Assembly (NCBI GenBank): GCA_900696485.1
Contig: CAADGG010000013.1
Location: forward strand, 124,015 to 188,014
Reading direction: 5' to 3'
Source: an uncultured Pseudomonadota bacterium
GTDB lineage: Bacteria; Myxococcota_A; UBA9160; PR03
DNA: 64,000 nucleotides
Position numbers and translations under genes: made by a program. The notes under the pieces were generated by a model. That model was not told where the DNA came from, made no database searches, and worked only from the letters and a program-made list of their open reading frames with translations. Shown piece by piece: positions 50,807 to 61,163 of this stretch; the first letter of the stretch is position 1; each line of letters begins with the position of its first letter.

Positions 50807-53500
50807 TCAGTGGGCCTCGCGCCAGTTCTTGCCCGATCCGACATCGACGACCAGCGGAACGTCGAGCGCGAACACGGACTCCATCTCGGTGCGGGCGAGC
50901 TCGCCGACGCGCCCCACTTCCTCGTCCGGTGACTCGAACACCAGTTCATCATGGACCTGGAGGATCATCCGCGCACGAAGCTTCGCCGCGCGGAGCGCCG
51001 CATCGACCGCGACCATGGCCTTCTTGATCAGATCGGCCGCCGTCCCCTGAACGACGCTGTTGACTGCCATCCGCTCGGCTGCGTTGCGCAACACCCGGTT
51101 GCGCGAGGCGAGATCCGGCAGGTAGCGCCGACGTCCGAGCAGCGTCTGCACGAAGCCGCGCTCCCGGGCGTGCTCGACGGTCTCGTCGAGAAACCGCCGC
51201 ACCCCGCGATAACGCGCGAAGTAGGCATCGATGGTCGACTGGGCGTCCGCCGCGGCGATGGCGAGTTGATTCGCGATCCCGAACGCCGTCGACCCGTAGA
51301 TGATCCCGAAGTTGATCGCCTTCGCGCGGGCGCGCTGATCGGGCGTGACGGCCTCCGGCGAGACCCCGAGCACGCCGGCCGCCGTGCGCCGATGGACGTC
51401 CCCGCCACTGCGAAACGCCGCGATCAGCTCTTCGTCCTGCGAGAAGTGCGCGAGGATGCGCAGCTCGACCTGCGAGTAGTCGGCGGACACCAGCGTCCAG
51501 CCCTCGCGCGGCACGAAGGCTTCACGGATCCGAACGCCTTCGGCGCTGCGGATGGGGATGTTCTGCACGTTCGGGTCCGACGCCGACAGGCGCCCCGTCG
51601 CCGCGCCGAGCTGATGGAAGGTGGGATGGATCCGGCCGGTCTTCGGATCGATCAACGGTGGCAGCGCGTCCACGTAGGTGCTCTTGAGCTTCGCGAGGCG
51701 GCGGTAGGCCAGGATCTTCGCGGGCAACGGATGCTGCGCGGAGAGCTGCTCGAGGACCACCTCGTCCGTGGAGTAGCCGGTCTTGGTCTTGCGCAGCACC
51801 GGAAGCTTCAGCTTCTCGAAGAGGATCCGCTGGAGCTGTTTCGGCGAGGCGATCTGGAACGACTCACCAGCGAGCGCATGGATCTCCGCCTCGATCCGGG
51901 CCAGCTCCCTCTGGTACTCGTGGGACAGCGTGGCGAGCGCCGCCTCGTCGACGCGCACCCCTTCGCGTTCCATCCGGGCCAGCACCGCGGCAAGCGGCAT
52001 CTCGATCCGGGTGTAGAGGTCGTCGAGGCCGTCGCGAAGCAACCGCTCTTCGAGGATCGGAAGCAGCTCCGCCACGGCGCACACTTCCTCCGCCGCCCAG
52101 GTCGCCGTCGCGTCGATCGGCAGATCCGCGGGCGGGATCGCCTTGGCGCCGCGGCCGACGAGGTCGCGCCACGCGGACAGGCGCCGGCCCAGATGCAGCG
52201 AGGCCAGAGCCGGCGTCGTCACGGCGGCGGCGGGATCGAGCAGAAACGACGCGATCGCGACGTCGCAGGCGGGGGCCGGCGGACTGCTGTCCCATTCACT
52301 GAGCCACGCGGCCAGCGGCTTGACGTCACGCCCACCCCAGGGACGCACGGCCACGACGCGTCCGACCCGTTCCGCCACCTGCTCGGCGCGCAGCGTCGAG
52401 CCATCGATCAGTGAGCGATGACCGAACGGCACGTAGGCGGCGGCGCGCTCGCCGAGCGCGAAGGCGAGCCCGATGGGTGGGGCCCGCAGGACGTTGTCGG
52501 CACCGCCGACGGGGATCGCAATCACCCGCGGCGCCGCCGAGACGCGCTCGAGCAGCGCGCGCAGCGCCGCTTCGTCGCGCGGGATCTCGACCGGCGTCGC
52601 CGCGGGCCCCGTCGCCGAGGCCTTCGCCGCCGCCGGGCCGGCCGCGGACGCGGAAGCCGGATCCCCGGCCTCGAGCTCGGCGAGCAAGCGCCCGAACTCG
52701 AGCCGGCGGAACAGGCCGCGCAGCGCTTCCCGATCGGGCTCGCGACGCACCAGCGCGTCGGGTCCGAACGGAAGCGCCACGTCGTCCTTCAGGGCCGCGA
52801 GCTGTTTGGACAGGCGTGCCTGTTCCGATTGCTCGCGCAGGGCATGGCGCGTGCGGGCCTGCGGAATCTCGTCGGCATGCGCCAGCAGGTTCTCGAGATC
52901 TCCCCACTCGGCGATCAGCTTGGCGGCGCCCTTGTCCCCGATCCCCTTCACGCCGGGGCTGTTGTCGCTCGGATCCCCGACCAGCGCCCGCACGTCGAGC
53001 ACCCGTTCGGGCGGGACGCCGAAGCGCTGTGTCACCTCGGCGGGGCCGTAGCGGCGATCCTTCATGGTGTCGAGGAGCTGCACCCGATCATCGACCAGCT
53101 GCATCAGATCCTTGTCCGTCGACAGGATCGTCGCACGCCAACCCTCCGGCAATCGTCGGACCAGCGTCGCGATGACGTCATCGGCTTCGACCCCCGGCAC
53201 TTCCAGCACCGGCAGGCGATACGCTTCCACCAGCTCGCGAACGGCCGGCTGCTGGGCGCTCAGATCCTCGGGCTGCGCATCGCGGTGCGCCTTGTACGCG
53301 GGGTAGATCTGTTCGCGAAACGGCGCCCCGCCGGGCGCGTCGAACACGACGACGACGTGATCGGGTCCTTCCTCACGCAGCACCTTGTTGACCATGTTGA
53401 CGAAGCCGTAGGCGGCGTTGGTGGGGACGCCGAGCGCCGTCCGCAGCGGAGGGATCGCGAAGAACGCGCGGTACAGGCAGTTCGCCGCATCGATGATCAC
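50807..53500 (-). CDS. polA: DNA polymerase I
   Basis: 5'-nuclease N-terminus 'IIDAANCLYRAFFA', a 3'-5' exonuclease-like middle region, and polymerase motifs 'DYSQVELRILAH', 'RRTAKAINFGIIYG' (seen as 'RARAKAINFGIIYG') and 'QVHDELV'. The start is uncertain: the GTG at 53500 is the only canonical start near the conserved N-terminus. Confidence 0.9.
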   Translation of the reverse strand: MIIDAANCLYRAFFAIPPLRTALGVPTNAAYGFVNMVNKVLREEGPDHVVVVFDAPGGAPFREQIYPAYKAHRDAQPEDLSAQQPAVRELVEAYRLPVLEVPGVEADDVIATLVRRLPEGWRATILSTDKDLMQLVDDRVQLLDTMKDRRYGPAEVTQRFGVPPERVLDVRALVGDPSDNSPGVKGIGDKGAAKLIAEWGDLENLLAHADEIPQARTRHALREQSEQARLSKQLAALKDDVALPFGPDALVRREPDREALRGLFRRLEFGRLLAELEAGDPASASAAGPAAAKASATGPAATPVEIPRDEAALRALLERVSAAPRVIAIPVGGADNVLRAPPIGLAFALGERAAAYVPFGHRSLIDGSTLRAEQVAERVGRVVAVRPWGGRDVKPLAAWLSEWDSSPPAPACDVAIASFLLDPAAAVTTPALASLHLGRRLSAWRDLVGRGAKAIPPADLPIDATATWAAEEVCAVAELLPILEERLLRDGLDDLYTRIEMPLAAVLARMEREGVRVDEAALATLSHEYQRELARIEAEIHALAGESFQIASPKQLQRILFEKLKLPVLRKTKTGYSTDEVVLEQLSAQHPLPAKILAYRRLAKLKSTYVDALPPLIDPKTGRIHPTFHQLGAATGRLSASDPNVQNIPIRSAEGVRIREAFVPREGWTLVSADYSQVELRILAHFSQDEELIAAFRSGGDVHRRTAAGVLGVSPEAVTPDQRARAKAINFGIIYGSTAFGIANQLAIAAADAQSTIDAYFARYRGVRRFLDETVEHARERGFVQTLLGRRRYLPDLASRNRVLRNAAERMAVNSVVQGTAADLIKKAMVAVDAALRAAKLRARMILQVHDELVFESPDEEVGRVGELARTEMESVFALDVPLVVDVGSGKNWREAH

Positions 53501-53614
53501 GAGATGGTGGCGGGTGGCGGACAGGCTGGAACTCCGTCGTGGACTCGGAACGAGGCCGTCTCGATCGGGAACGTGCAGAAGACGCGGAGGAGCAGGAGAC
53601 CCGGAACGAGCACG

Positions 53615-53643
53615 TTGACCGGCGCACGGATCCTGCGTAGCGT
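53615..53643 (+). promoter_or_regulatory. Candidate sigma70-type promoter (TTGACC-17 nt-TAGCGT) 7 nt upstream of an ATG
   Basis: TTGACC at 53615-53620, TAGCGT at 53638-53643, ATG at 53651. Confidence 0.3.
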
Positions 53644-53650
53644 AGCCGGG

Positions 53651-53974
53651 ATGGGCGTCCCTCCGCGACCGCCGGCGCACCGGCAGCGTGCGGCGCCGGC
53701 GATGTTCCGGCCGCAGTTCACGCTGGTCGCGCTCTACTTCTTCGGCTTCTTCCTGTTCTTCTGTCTGGTGCTGGTGCTGCCGGCGCTGCTCGAAGGCCTG
53801 CGCTCGCTCCCGCCGAGCGAGGGGCCTCTCACGGAGCCGGAGCGCGAACTCGCGGCCGAACTCGCGCGCGATGCCCTGCGCGGCAGGATTCCGCTGGCGC
53901 TGCTCGCGACGGTGGCCGTGCTCGCCCTGGGGCTGTGGAAGCGGCTGTTGCCGGGCTTGCGTCCGCACCCGTGA
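53651..53974 (+). CDS. Small membrane protein (2 TM), hypothetical
   Basis: In-frame ATG at 53651 of ORF 52418..53974. 'FTLVALYFFGFFLFFCLVLVLPALL' and 'LALLATVAVLALGLW'. An ATG at 53702 is an alternative start. Confidence 0.5.
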   Translation: MGVPPRPPAHRQRAAPAMFRPQFTLVALYFFGFFLFFCLVLVLPALLEGLRSLPPSEGPLTEPERELAAELARDALRGRIPLALLATVAVLALGLWKRLLPGLRPHP

Positions 53975-54002
53975 CGGACGGCCGGACGCGCGCAGCCCGG
54001 GT

Positions 54003-54563
54003 TCAGCGCGAGCGCCCCCGGTAGTCCCGCGCGGTCTGCACGTACTCGAGCGCGCTCTCGCGCTGGCCGCGCAGCTCAGCTTCGCTGAGCGCGCGCACGA
54101 CACGTGCCGGAACCCCGCGTGCGAGGTGGCGCGCGGGGATCTTCGCACCCGGAGGCACCAGCGCACCGGCCGCCACGAGCGCCTCCTCCCCGACCTCCGC
54201 ACCGTCGAGCACGACGGCCGCGATGCCGACCAAGGCCCCGTCCCCCACCGTACAGCCGTGCACGGTGGCACGGTGACCCACCGTGACGCCGTCTCCGATC
54301 CACGCTGGGAACCGGTCCTTCGTCACATGCACCACGCAGTGATCCTGGAGGTTGGTCCGCGCGCCGATGTGGATCGCGTGGACATCCCCGCGCACGACGC
54401 AGCCGAACCAGACGCTGCTGTCGGCACCGATCTCGACGTCGCCTGCGACCACCACCCCCGGAGCGAGCCACGCCGAGGCGTCGATCCGGGGCCGGCGACC
54501 GCGAAACGGCAGCACCAGCGGAGGCGGCGCTTCGATCGTGGCGTCTCGATCAGACGTCGTCAC
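54003..54563 (-). CDS. Gamma-class carbonic anhydrase family / hexapeptide-repeat protein (YrdA/PaaY-like)
   Basis: '[41 protein letters not shown]' and left-handed beta-helix repeats. Confidence 0.85.
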   Translation of the reverse strand: MTTSDRDATIEAPPPLVLPFRGRRPRIDASAWLAPGVVVAGDVEIGADSSVWFGCVVRGDVHAIHIGARTNLQDHCVVHVTKDRFPAWIGDGVTVGHRATVHGCTVGDGALVGIAAVVLDGAEVGEEALVAAGALVPPGAKIPARHLARGVPARVVRALSEAELRGQRESALEYVQTARDYRGRSR

Positions 54564-55524
54564 TGCCCTCGTAGCGGAACGGGGCGAACAGATCGGTGTT
54601 GAGATAGCGCTCGCCGAAGCTCGGGATGATGGCGACGATCAGCTTGCCCTGGTTTCCCGGCTGCTTCGCATACTCGATCGCCGCGTGGACGTTGGCTCCG
54701 GACGAGATCCCGCACAGGATCCCCTCTTCGGCGGCAAGCCGGCGCGCCATCGTGAACGCCTGTTCGTTGTCCACCGCGATGACGGCGTCCACCAGCTTCA
54801 TGTCGAGCACGTCCGGCACGAAGCCGGCGCCGAGGCCCTGGATCTTGTGCGGGCCGGGCGGGCCGCCGGCCAGCACCGCACTCCCCGTCGGCTCGACGGC
54901 GACGGCCTGGAACGACGGTCGCCGTGCCTTGATCGCCTGCGCGACGCCGGTGATGGTTCCCCCGGTGCCGACGCCGGCGATCAGCGCGTCGATCTTGCCA
55001 TCGGTGTCGCGCCAGAGTTCTTCGGCCGTCGTCCGACGGTGGACTTCGGGGTTGGCCGGGTTCTGGAACTGCTGCGGCATGTAGGCCGACGGCAGCTTCG
55101 CGAGCAGCTCGTTGGCCTTCTCGATCGACCCCCGCATGCCCTTGGCCCCTTCCGTCAGGACCAGCTTCGCGCCGAGCGCGCGCAGCACGACGCGGCGCTC
55201 CGGACTCATCGTCTCCGGCATCACCAGCACGCACTGATAGCCCTTCACCGCGGCGACGAACGCCAGGGCGATGCCGGTGTTGCCGCTGGTCGGCTCGACG
55301 ATCACCGTCTTGCCCGGCACCAGCTTCCCCTCGCGTTCGGCCGCTTCGATCATCGCAAGACCGATGCGATCCTTGACGCTGGCCGCCGGGTTCTGGCTCT
55401 CGAGCTTGACGAGGAGAGTGGCGTCCAGCCCTCGGCTGACGCGCTGGAGGCGGACCAGCGGGGTATTCCCGATCAGTTGGGTGATGTCGTCTGCGATCTG
55501 GATGCGGGTGGCCTCGTTGCCCAT
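54550..55524 (-). CDS. cysK: Cysteine synthase A (O-acetylserine sulfhydrylase)
   Basis: 'IGNTPLVRL', '[14 protein letters not shown]' (PLP Lys), '[10 protein letters not shown]', '[10 protein letters not shown]'. Confidence 0.95.
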   Translation of the reverse strand: MGNEATRIQIADDITQLIGNTPLVRLQRVSRGLDATLLVKLESQNPAASVKDRIGLAMIEAAEREGKLVPGKTVIVEPTSGNTGIALAFVAAVKGYQCVLVMPETMSPERRVVLRALGAKLVLTEGAKGMRGSIEKANELLAKLPSAYMPQQFQNPANPEVHRRTTAEELWRDTDGKIDALIAGVGTGGTITGVAQAIKARRPSFQAVAVEPTGSAVLAGGPPGPHKIQGLGAGFVPDVLDMKLVDAVIAVDNEQAFTMARRLAAEEGILCGISSGANVHAAIEYAKQPGNQGKLIVAIIPSFGERYLNTDLFAPFRYEGSDDV

Positions 55525-55563
55525 GGACTTCTCCTCGTGCCGGCGCGGAACTGGACTCTACCG

Positions 55564-56580
55564 TCAGGGAGCGCGCCTGCCAGCGAATCCGGCGCCGCCG
55601 TCGACCGGCCCGACCAGTTCTTCGACCAGCACCGTCACGTAGCTCCCCGCCGCCAGCGAACAGCTCAAGCGCAGCACGCTGCCCGCGACCGTCAGCGCGG
55701 CATCCGGCACCGGAATCCGAAGCGCGCGGCGGGCCCCGCGCAGACGGATTCCCGCCGGCGCCTGGCCCAGCAGTTCGTCGGTCACGCCGAGCGCGGCGAG
55801 CGCCGCACGTTCGCGCGCGGCCGCCGCCTTCGTCGGCACCGGATCGCGCCCGCCGCTGCCGAAGATCGGTCCGGTCGCGCTGATCTCGAAGCGGGCGGCG
55901 CGTGGGGCCTCCTGCGCCTCATCCTCGACGAGGAACAGGCCTCCCGACGCCACCACCTGCGCCACCTCGCCCGCCTCGATCGCGTCGAGCCCGAGCGGCC
56001 GCTTGGCGAGGACCTCGTTGAAGACCGCCGACTGGAGCGCGGAGAGCAGGAAGCGTGCGGCCCGCCGATCGCGCAGTCGCAGCCGTCCGGCCAACAGGTC
56101 GCGGCCCCGCTCGGCGTTGTCCGCGTCGCGACCGAAGCGCTGACTCCCGAAGCGGTTCGGCATCCCGAGGCGCCGGAGCTCGTCGAGACGCGCGGTCGCC
56201 CGGGCTGCCGTCTCGGCGTCGACCCCGCGCACGACGAGGACGAAGCGATTGCCGCGCAACTGGCCGGTCCGGAGCTTGTGCGGATGGCGCGCCGCCTCGA
56301 GCACCCGGACACCGGGAAGCGAGAGCGACAGCGCCCGTGCCGGGTCGAGTCCAGGGACCGACAGCCATTGCCGGGTCACGGCGCGCCGATCCTTGCGGCC
56401 GGCGTAGCCGACCTCGCGCAGCGGGACACCCGCGGCGCGCGCCAGATCGCGTGCGACCTCCTCCGTATTGCGATCGCGCTTCTCGATCCACACGAAGGTG
56501 TGACTCCCCTCCCCGGCCGGCGCATACAGCGGGATCTCTTCGACCTGGAAGTCCTCGAGTTCGGCGCGGATCTGGGGCAT
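55564..56580 (-). CDS. truD: tRNA pseudouridine(13) synthase TruD
   Basis: 'EDFQVEEIP', 'GYAGRKDRRAVTRQW' (catalytic Asp region), 'NRFGSQRFG'. I preferred the ATG at 56580 (5 nt after the rnhB stop) over the one at 56640. Confidence 0.85.
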   Translation of the reverse strand: MPQIRAELEDFQVEEIPLYAPAGEGSHTFVWIEKRDRNTEEVARDLARAAGVPLREVGYAGRKDRRAVTRQWLSVPGLDPARALSLSLPGVRVLEAARHPHKLRTGQLRGNRFVLVVRGVDAETAARATARLDELRRLGMPNRFGSQRFGRDADNAERGRDLLAGRLRLRDRRAARFLLSALQSAVFNEVLAKRPLGLDAIEAGEVAQVVASGGLFLVEDEAQEAPRAARFEISATGPIFGSGGRDPVPTKAAAARERAALAALGVTDELLGQAPAGIRLRGARRALRIPVPDAALTVAGSVLRLSCSLAAGSYVTVLVEELVGPVDGGAGFAGRRAP

Positions 56581-56585
56581 CGGGC

Positions 56586-57377
56586 TCAGCGCCGAGGGGA
56601 TGCGGCGCAGGGGGCGAAGGAGAGGCGGTGTTCCGGGCACGGTCCCAGGCGCCGCAACGCCGCCAGGTGTTCGGGAGTGCCGTAACCCATGTGGCGTCCG
56701 AAGCCGTAACCCGGATGGGTGGCGTCGATCCGATGCATCAGCGCGTCGCGATGGACCTTGGCGACGATCGACGCGGCCGCGATCGAACCATCCCGCGCAT
56801 CGCCCTTGACCAGCGACGTCTGGGGGCAGTCGACACCGGGCACCGTTCTGGCATCGACCAGCAGATGGTCCGGGCGCATCGTCAGCGACACGACGGCACG
56901 ACGCATCGCTTCGAGCCCGGCGCGATAGACGTTCAGGCGATCGAGCTCGAGCGCCGAGACTTCGCCGACCGCGACCGCCAGCGCCTGGTCGCGGATCGCC
57001 ACCGCGAGCCGCTCACGCGTCCGCGGCGTCAACTGCTTCGAGTCGCCGAGACCCGGCAGGTCGACGGACACGGGCAGGATCACCGCCGCCGCGACGACCG
57101 GCCCGGCGAGCGGCCCCATGCCGACCTCATCGACCCCCGCCACGTGCCGAGCGCCGGTCTGGTCCAGCCGGGTCCGGAGCGCGAAAAGGTCCGTCAGGCG
57201 CTGCTGGTCCTCCCGCAACGCCGCCAGCCGCCGCGCCACCCGTGCGGCCAGCGTCACGGCGCCGGAGCGCGTGTCCTCGGACAACGTGGCGAGCAGTTGT
57301 TCGAGGGAGCCGGGATCCCGCAGGGCGCGGGCCTGCGCCTCGAGTCGGCCGAGCGGAGGCCGCGCCGAAGCGCTCAT
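56586..57377 (-). CDS. rnhB: Ribonuclease HII with an N-terminal extension
   Basis: 'VAGVDEVGMGPLAGPVVAAAVIL', 'DSKQLT', 'SIVAKV.RD'. The ATG overlaps the lpxD stop (ATGA). Confidence 0.85.
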   Translation of the reverse strand: MSASARPPLGRLEAQARALRDPGSLEQLLATLSEDTRSGAVTLAARVARRLAALREDQQRLTDLFALRTRLDQTGARHVAGVDEVGMGPLAGPVVAAAVILPVSVDLPGLGDSKQLTPRTRERLAVAIRDQALAVAVGEVSALELDRLNVYRAGLEAMRRAVVSLTMRPDHLLVDARTVPGVDCPQTSLVKGDARDGSIAAASIVAKVHRDALMHRIDATHPGYGFGRHMGYGTPEHLAALRRLGPCPEHRLSFAPCAASPRR

Positions 57378-58438
57378 CGCTCGCCCTCGGACTCGCTGTC
57401 GCCGCGGGCGCTTCGCAGGCCGAGCCGGCGCTCGATCACGCGCAGCCGCCGCATCAGCTCCGGCAGCCGGGCGAAGACCGCGATGCTCTTGTGCCAGCGG
57501 CGCTCCTCGAGGGCCGGGGCCCCCCAGACCCGGGATCCCGGCGGGAGATCCTTGTGCAGCGCCGCCCGCGCGCCGAGGAAGGACGCGGCGCCGATCTCGA
57601 GGTGCCCGGCGCTGGCCGTCTGTCCCATCAGGATCGCACCGCGACCGACCCGGGTGGAACCGGCCAGTCCGCTCTGGGCCGCCACCAGCACATCCTCTCC
57701 GACGTCACAGTTGTGCGACACGACGACCAGATTGTCGATCTTGGCGTTGCGCCGCACCCGGGTCTCGCCGAGCGTGGCGCGATCGATGGTCGTGTTCGCT
57801 CCGATCTCGACGTCGTCCTCCACGACCACGCGGCCGACCTGAGGCACCTTGGTCGGCCGGCCGGTTTCATCGAGCGCGTAGCCGAAACCATCGGCACCGA
57901 GCACGACGCCGGGATGCAGGACGACCCGGTCTCCGATCGACACTTCTTCGCGTAGCACGCAGCCGGCATGCAGGATGCAGTCTGCGCCGACCTGGACGTC
58001 GGCATACAGGACGACGTGCGGATGGATCCACGTGCGCGGCCCGACGCGCGCGCGGGCGCCGATCACGGCCAGCGGGCCGACCTGAGCGCTCGCATCGATC
58101 CGCGCATCCGGAGCGACGCTGGCGCGCGCGTGGACGCCGGGGGCGGGCGGCTCGCGTTCGAGCAGCAGCGCGACGGCGCGGGCGAAGTCGAGATCTGGGC
58201 GCGGCGAGCGCAGCGTCGGGCGCCCCCCCGTGTCGAGCCCGGGGGGCGCGATCAAGGCGCCGGCACCGCTCGCGGCGAGCACGCGTGCGAGCGCCGGCGA
58301 GCGGACGAAGGCCAGATCCGCGGGGCCGGCATCGGCCAGCGCGGCCACTGCGCGGACCCGGAACTCGCCGTCCCCCTCGACCGGACGACCGAGGGCGGTC
58401 GCCAGGTCGCGCAGCCGCATCGAACGGAGGCGCGGCAT
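57374..58438 (-). CDS. lpxD: UDP-3-O-acylglucosamine N-acyltransferase
   Basis: N-terminal uridine-binding domain, then long hexapeptide repeats ('VGANTTIDRATLGETRV..N.KIDNLV.V.HN'). Confidence 0.9.
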   Translation of the reverse strand: MPRLRSMRLRDLATALGRPVEGDGEFRVRAVAALADAGPADLAFVRSPALARVLAASGAGALIAPPGLDTGGRPTLRSPRPDLDFARAVALLLEREPPAPGVHARASVAPDARIDASAQVGPLAVIGARARVGPRTWIHPHVVLYADVQVGADCILHAGCVLREEVSIGDRVVLHPGVVLGADGFGYALDETGRPTKVPQVGRVVVEDDVEIGANTTIDRATLGETRVRRNAKIDNLVVVSHNCDVGEDVLVAAQSGLAGSTRVGRGAILMGQTASAGHLEIGAASFLGARAALHKDLPPGSRVWGAPALEERRWHKSIAVFARLPELMRRLRVIERRLGLRSARGDSESEGER

Positions 58439-58521
58439 TCGCGTCTAGCGCAGCGACCCGCGACCGGCCGGGCCGCGGACCCGCGCCTGCGGCTCGGTCG
58501 GCGAGAGCCTGGCATCCGTCA

Positions 58522-59343
58522 CTAGCGCGCCAACAGCACGGCGACCGGAGAGGAGCGCACGACCGCGGCGGAGTTGCTGCCGAGGAAGTACTCGTGGAGA
58601 CGACTGCGGCCGAACGCACCCATCACGATCATCGCGGCGCCCGCCTCGCGGGCGGCATCGACGATCTTCGCATCGGGGCGGCCGAGGGTGGACGCCGCCT
58701 CCCGAATGCCGACCTCCGGCGCGCCGAGCAGTCGCCGCACCTCATCGAAGCGTGCCGCGGAGCGCCCCTTGTCCTTCGAATCCACGAAGACGTGGATCGT
58801 CTCGCCGAGCTTGCCGGCGACCTCCACCGCCAGCCGGGCGGCGATCCGCGAGCCGGGCGAGCCGTCGAAGGCCAGCAAGACCGGGCCGGCCAGGGCCGCC
58901 GTCGACGGGACCACCAGCACGGGCTTCGACGTCTTGCGAAGCACGCCGTCGACGGTCGAACCGATCAGGGCGGTGCGGAAGCCGGCGTGCTCGCCGTCGC
59001 GACCCAGCACGAGCAGGTCCGCCTGCTTGCCCCGCTCGACGATGGCATCGTCCGCGACGCCGCGACTGACCTCGGCGCTGCACTCGACGCCCTTCTCGCG
59101 CGCCGAACCCACCAGCCGCCGGCAGGCCGCCTCCGCCCGGGCCGCCAGGAAGGTTTCGATGGCCTCGAGCGGCGGAGACGGAAGGCCCAGATCCTCGCTT
59201 CGCAACCCGCGCGCGATGCGCTCCTCCACGACCGAGAGCCCGAGTGCGCGAGCACCGAGCCGGGCCGCCAGGGCCACGCCGTAGCGCTCCGCCGCCGCGG
59301 CCGCCTCCGATCCGTCCGTCGCGATGAGGATCGTTTCGATCAT
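58522..59343 (-). CDS. Universal stress protein, tandem UspA domains
   Basis: Two Usp halves: 'ILIATDGSEAA...LLVLG', then 'VLLAFDGSPGS...MIVMGAFGRSRL..FLGS'. Confidence 0.85.
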   Translation of the reverse strand: MIETILIATDGSEAAAAAERYGVALAARLGARALGLSVVEERIARGLRSEDLGLPSPPLEAIETFLAARAEAACRRLVGSAREKGVECSAEVSRGVADDAIVERGKQADLLVLGRDGEHAGFRTALIGSTVDGVLRKTSKPVLVVPSTAALAGPVLLAFDGSPGSRIAARLAVEVAGKLGETIHVFVDSKDKGRSAARFDEVRRLLGAPEVGIREAASTLGRPDAKIVDAAREAGAAMIVMGAFGRSRLHEYFLGSNSAAVVRSSPVAVLLAR

Positions 59344-59455
59344 CGTGAACCCCCCGAGTCTCTGCCCGTCTGCGCTGCCGAGCCGTTGTTGTGCGCTTCG
59401 AACCCGTCACGAACCCGTACCCACCGGTTCGCCGCCCTGGCGACGCGGTCACGCT

Positions 59456-60988
59456 TCACGAGAGCCAACGCCCGAGCGGCGTGCCCCACAGCAGCCGCAT
59501 CACGCGCCGCAACCAACGCGCCTTGCGCGCGTGATACGGGAACCAGAGGGCCTCCGCCTTCGAGCCGAAGCGATCGACCACGATCGACTGCACCGAGCAG
59601 AAGCTCTTCAGCCCCAGCTCCCCGTTGACCCGCCCGATGCCGCTTTCGCCCACACCCCCGAACGGGGACTCCGGAATGCCGTAGGTGATCATGCAGTCGT
59701 TGACCACCGCACAGCCGGACCGGAGCTGGCGAGCCAACTCGGTGCCACGACGCTTGTCCCGGGTCCAGATGTTCGCATTGAGCCCATAGGCGCTGTCGTT
59801 GGCGAGCCGCAGCGCTTCCGCTTCATCGCGCACGCGCATCACCGGCAGCAGCGGACCGAAGCTCTCCTCACGCATCACCAGCATTTCGTGATCGACGTCG
59901 GCCAGCACCGTGGGCTCGTAGAAATAGCCGTCATACTCCGGATTGCGACGTCCTCCCGTCAGCACGCGGGCGCCACGCTGGAGCGCGTCCTCGACGTGCC
60001 GCTCGACGATCTCGAGCTGCGGGGGCCAGATCATCGGGCCGACGTCGGACTCGCCGCCGGTTCCCTGCCGCAAACGACCCGTCTTCTCGACGACGCGGCG
60101 CAGGAACTCGTCGGCGACCGCATCAACGACGTAGACGCGCTCGGTGGAGACGCAGACCTGTCCGGCGTTGGCGAAGGCCCCGTAGACGGCTCCGCTCGAG
60201 GCGCGCTCGAGGTCTGCGTCGGCGCACACCACCATCGGATCCTTGCCGCCGAGTTCGAGGGTGCACGGGATCAGGTTCCGCCCACAGACTTCCGCCACCT
60301 TGCGCCCGGTCCGGACGCTGCCGGTGAAGCTGATCTTGTCGACGCCCGCCTCGACCAGGGCCGCACCGGTCTCGCCGTCGCCGGTGACGCAGGTGAGCAC
60401 TCCCTCCGGAAGGCCCGCCGCCCGGAACAACTCCTCGACCAGCCGGCCCGCATTCGGCGTCACCTCCGAGGGCTTCAGCACCACCGCGTTGCCCGCCATC
60501 AGGGCCTGTGCGCAGGGATTGAGCGCCAGCACGAACGGGAAGTTCCACGGCGTGATGATGCCGACCACGCCGAGAGGCTTGTACACCAGCCGCAGCTTCT
60601 TGGTCTTCATCAAGTGCAGCGGGACGATGCGTTCGGCCAGCAGCTTGCGCGCGCGCTTCGCCCAGAACTCGAGCGCATCACAGCTCGTGGCGATCTCGGC
60701 CGACAGCGCCTCGAACGCCGGCTTCCCGGTTTCCTGCTCGATCGTCGCCACGAACTCGTCCTGACGCGCGAGCAGCTCGTGCACCGCCCGGCGCAACACT
60801 CGCCCGCGCTCGGCGAAACCCAGTTCGGCCCAGTGCAGCTGCGCCTTGCGCGCACGCTCCACGACGGCGCGCACGTCGTCGGCCGTGTGCACCTCGATCT
60901 CGGCGATGATTTCGAGCGTGGCCGGGCTGCGCAGACGCAGCCGTCGGCGCTGGCCCGGCAGATCCGGCAGGGGCTCGACGACAGCCAT
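59456..60988 (-). CDS. NAD(P)-dependent aldehyde dehydrogenase family protein
   Basis: 'ITPWNFPF', 'KPSE.TP', 'FTGS...G', 'ELGGKDP' (catalytic Glu), 'NAGQVCVS' (catalytic Cys). Confidence 0.9.
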   Translation of the reverse strand: MAVVEPLPDLPGQRRRLRLRSPATLEIIAEIEVHTADDVRAVVERARKAQLHWAELGFAERGRVLRRAVHELLARQDEFVATIEQETGKPAFEALSAEIATSCDALEFWAKRARKLLAERIVPLHLMKTKKLRLVYKPLGVVGIITPWNFPFVLALNPCAQALMAGNAVVLKPSEVTPNAGRLVEELFRAAGLPEGVLTCVTGDGETGAALVEAGVDKISFTGSVRTGRKVAEVCGRNLIPCTLELGGKDPMVVCADADLERASSGAVYGAFANAGQVCVSTERVYVVDAVADEFLRRVVEKTGRLRQGTGGESDVGPMIWPPQLEIVERHVEDALQRGARVLTGGRRNPEYDGYFYEPTVLADVDHEMLVMREESFGPLLPVMRVRDEAEALRLANDSAYGLNANIWTRDKRRGTELARQLRSGCAVVNDCMITYGIPESPFGGVGESGIGRVNGELGLKSFCSVQSIVVDRFGSKAEALWFPYHARKARWLRRVMRLLWGTPLGRWLS

Positions 60989-61163
60989 GATGTCTCCCGC
61001 GGGGTCGAACGTTGCGAGAGTACGAGACCCGCGGGGAAAAAGTCAATCGGTGGGCGTCACCGGCAGGATTCCGATGTGTATCGCCTTCGGACGGCTGGAC
61101 AGCGCCCGGGTTGCGCCGCGCCGGACTTCGTGTCACACGGGACGCTCGAAAGGGGGAGCGCGC

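Noticed and set aside
53501-54271. N-terminal 257 codons of track ORF 50807..54271 (polA).
   Set aside because: The stretch is Arg/Pro/Gly-rich with no PolI similarity, and it would overlap the divergent small membrane gene and the gamma-CA gene.
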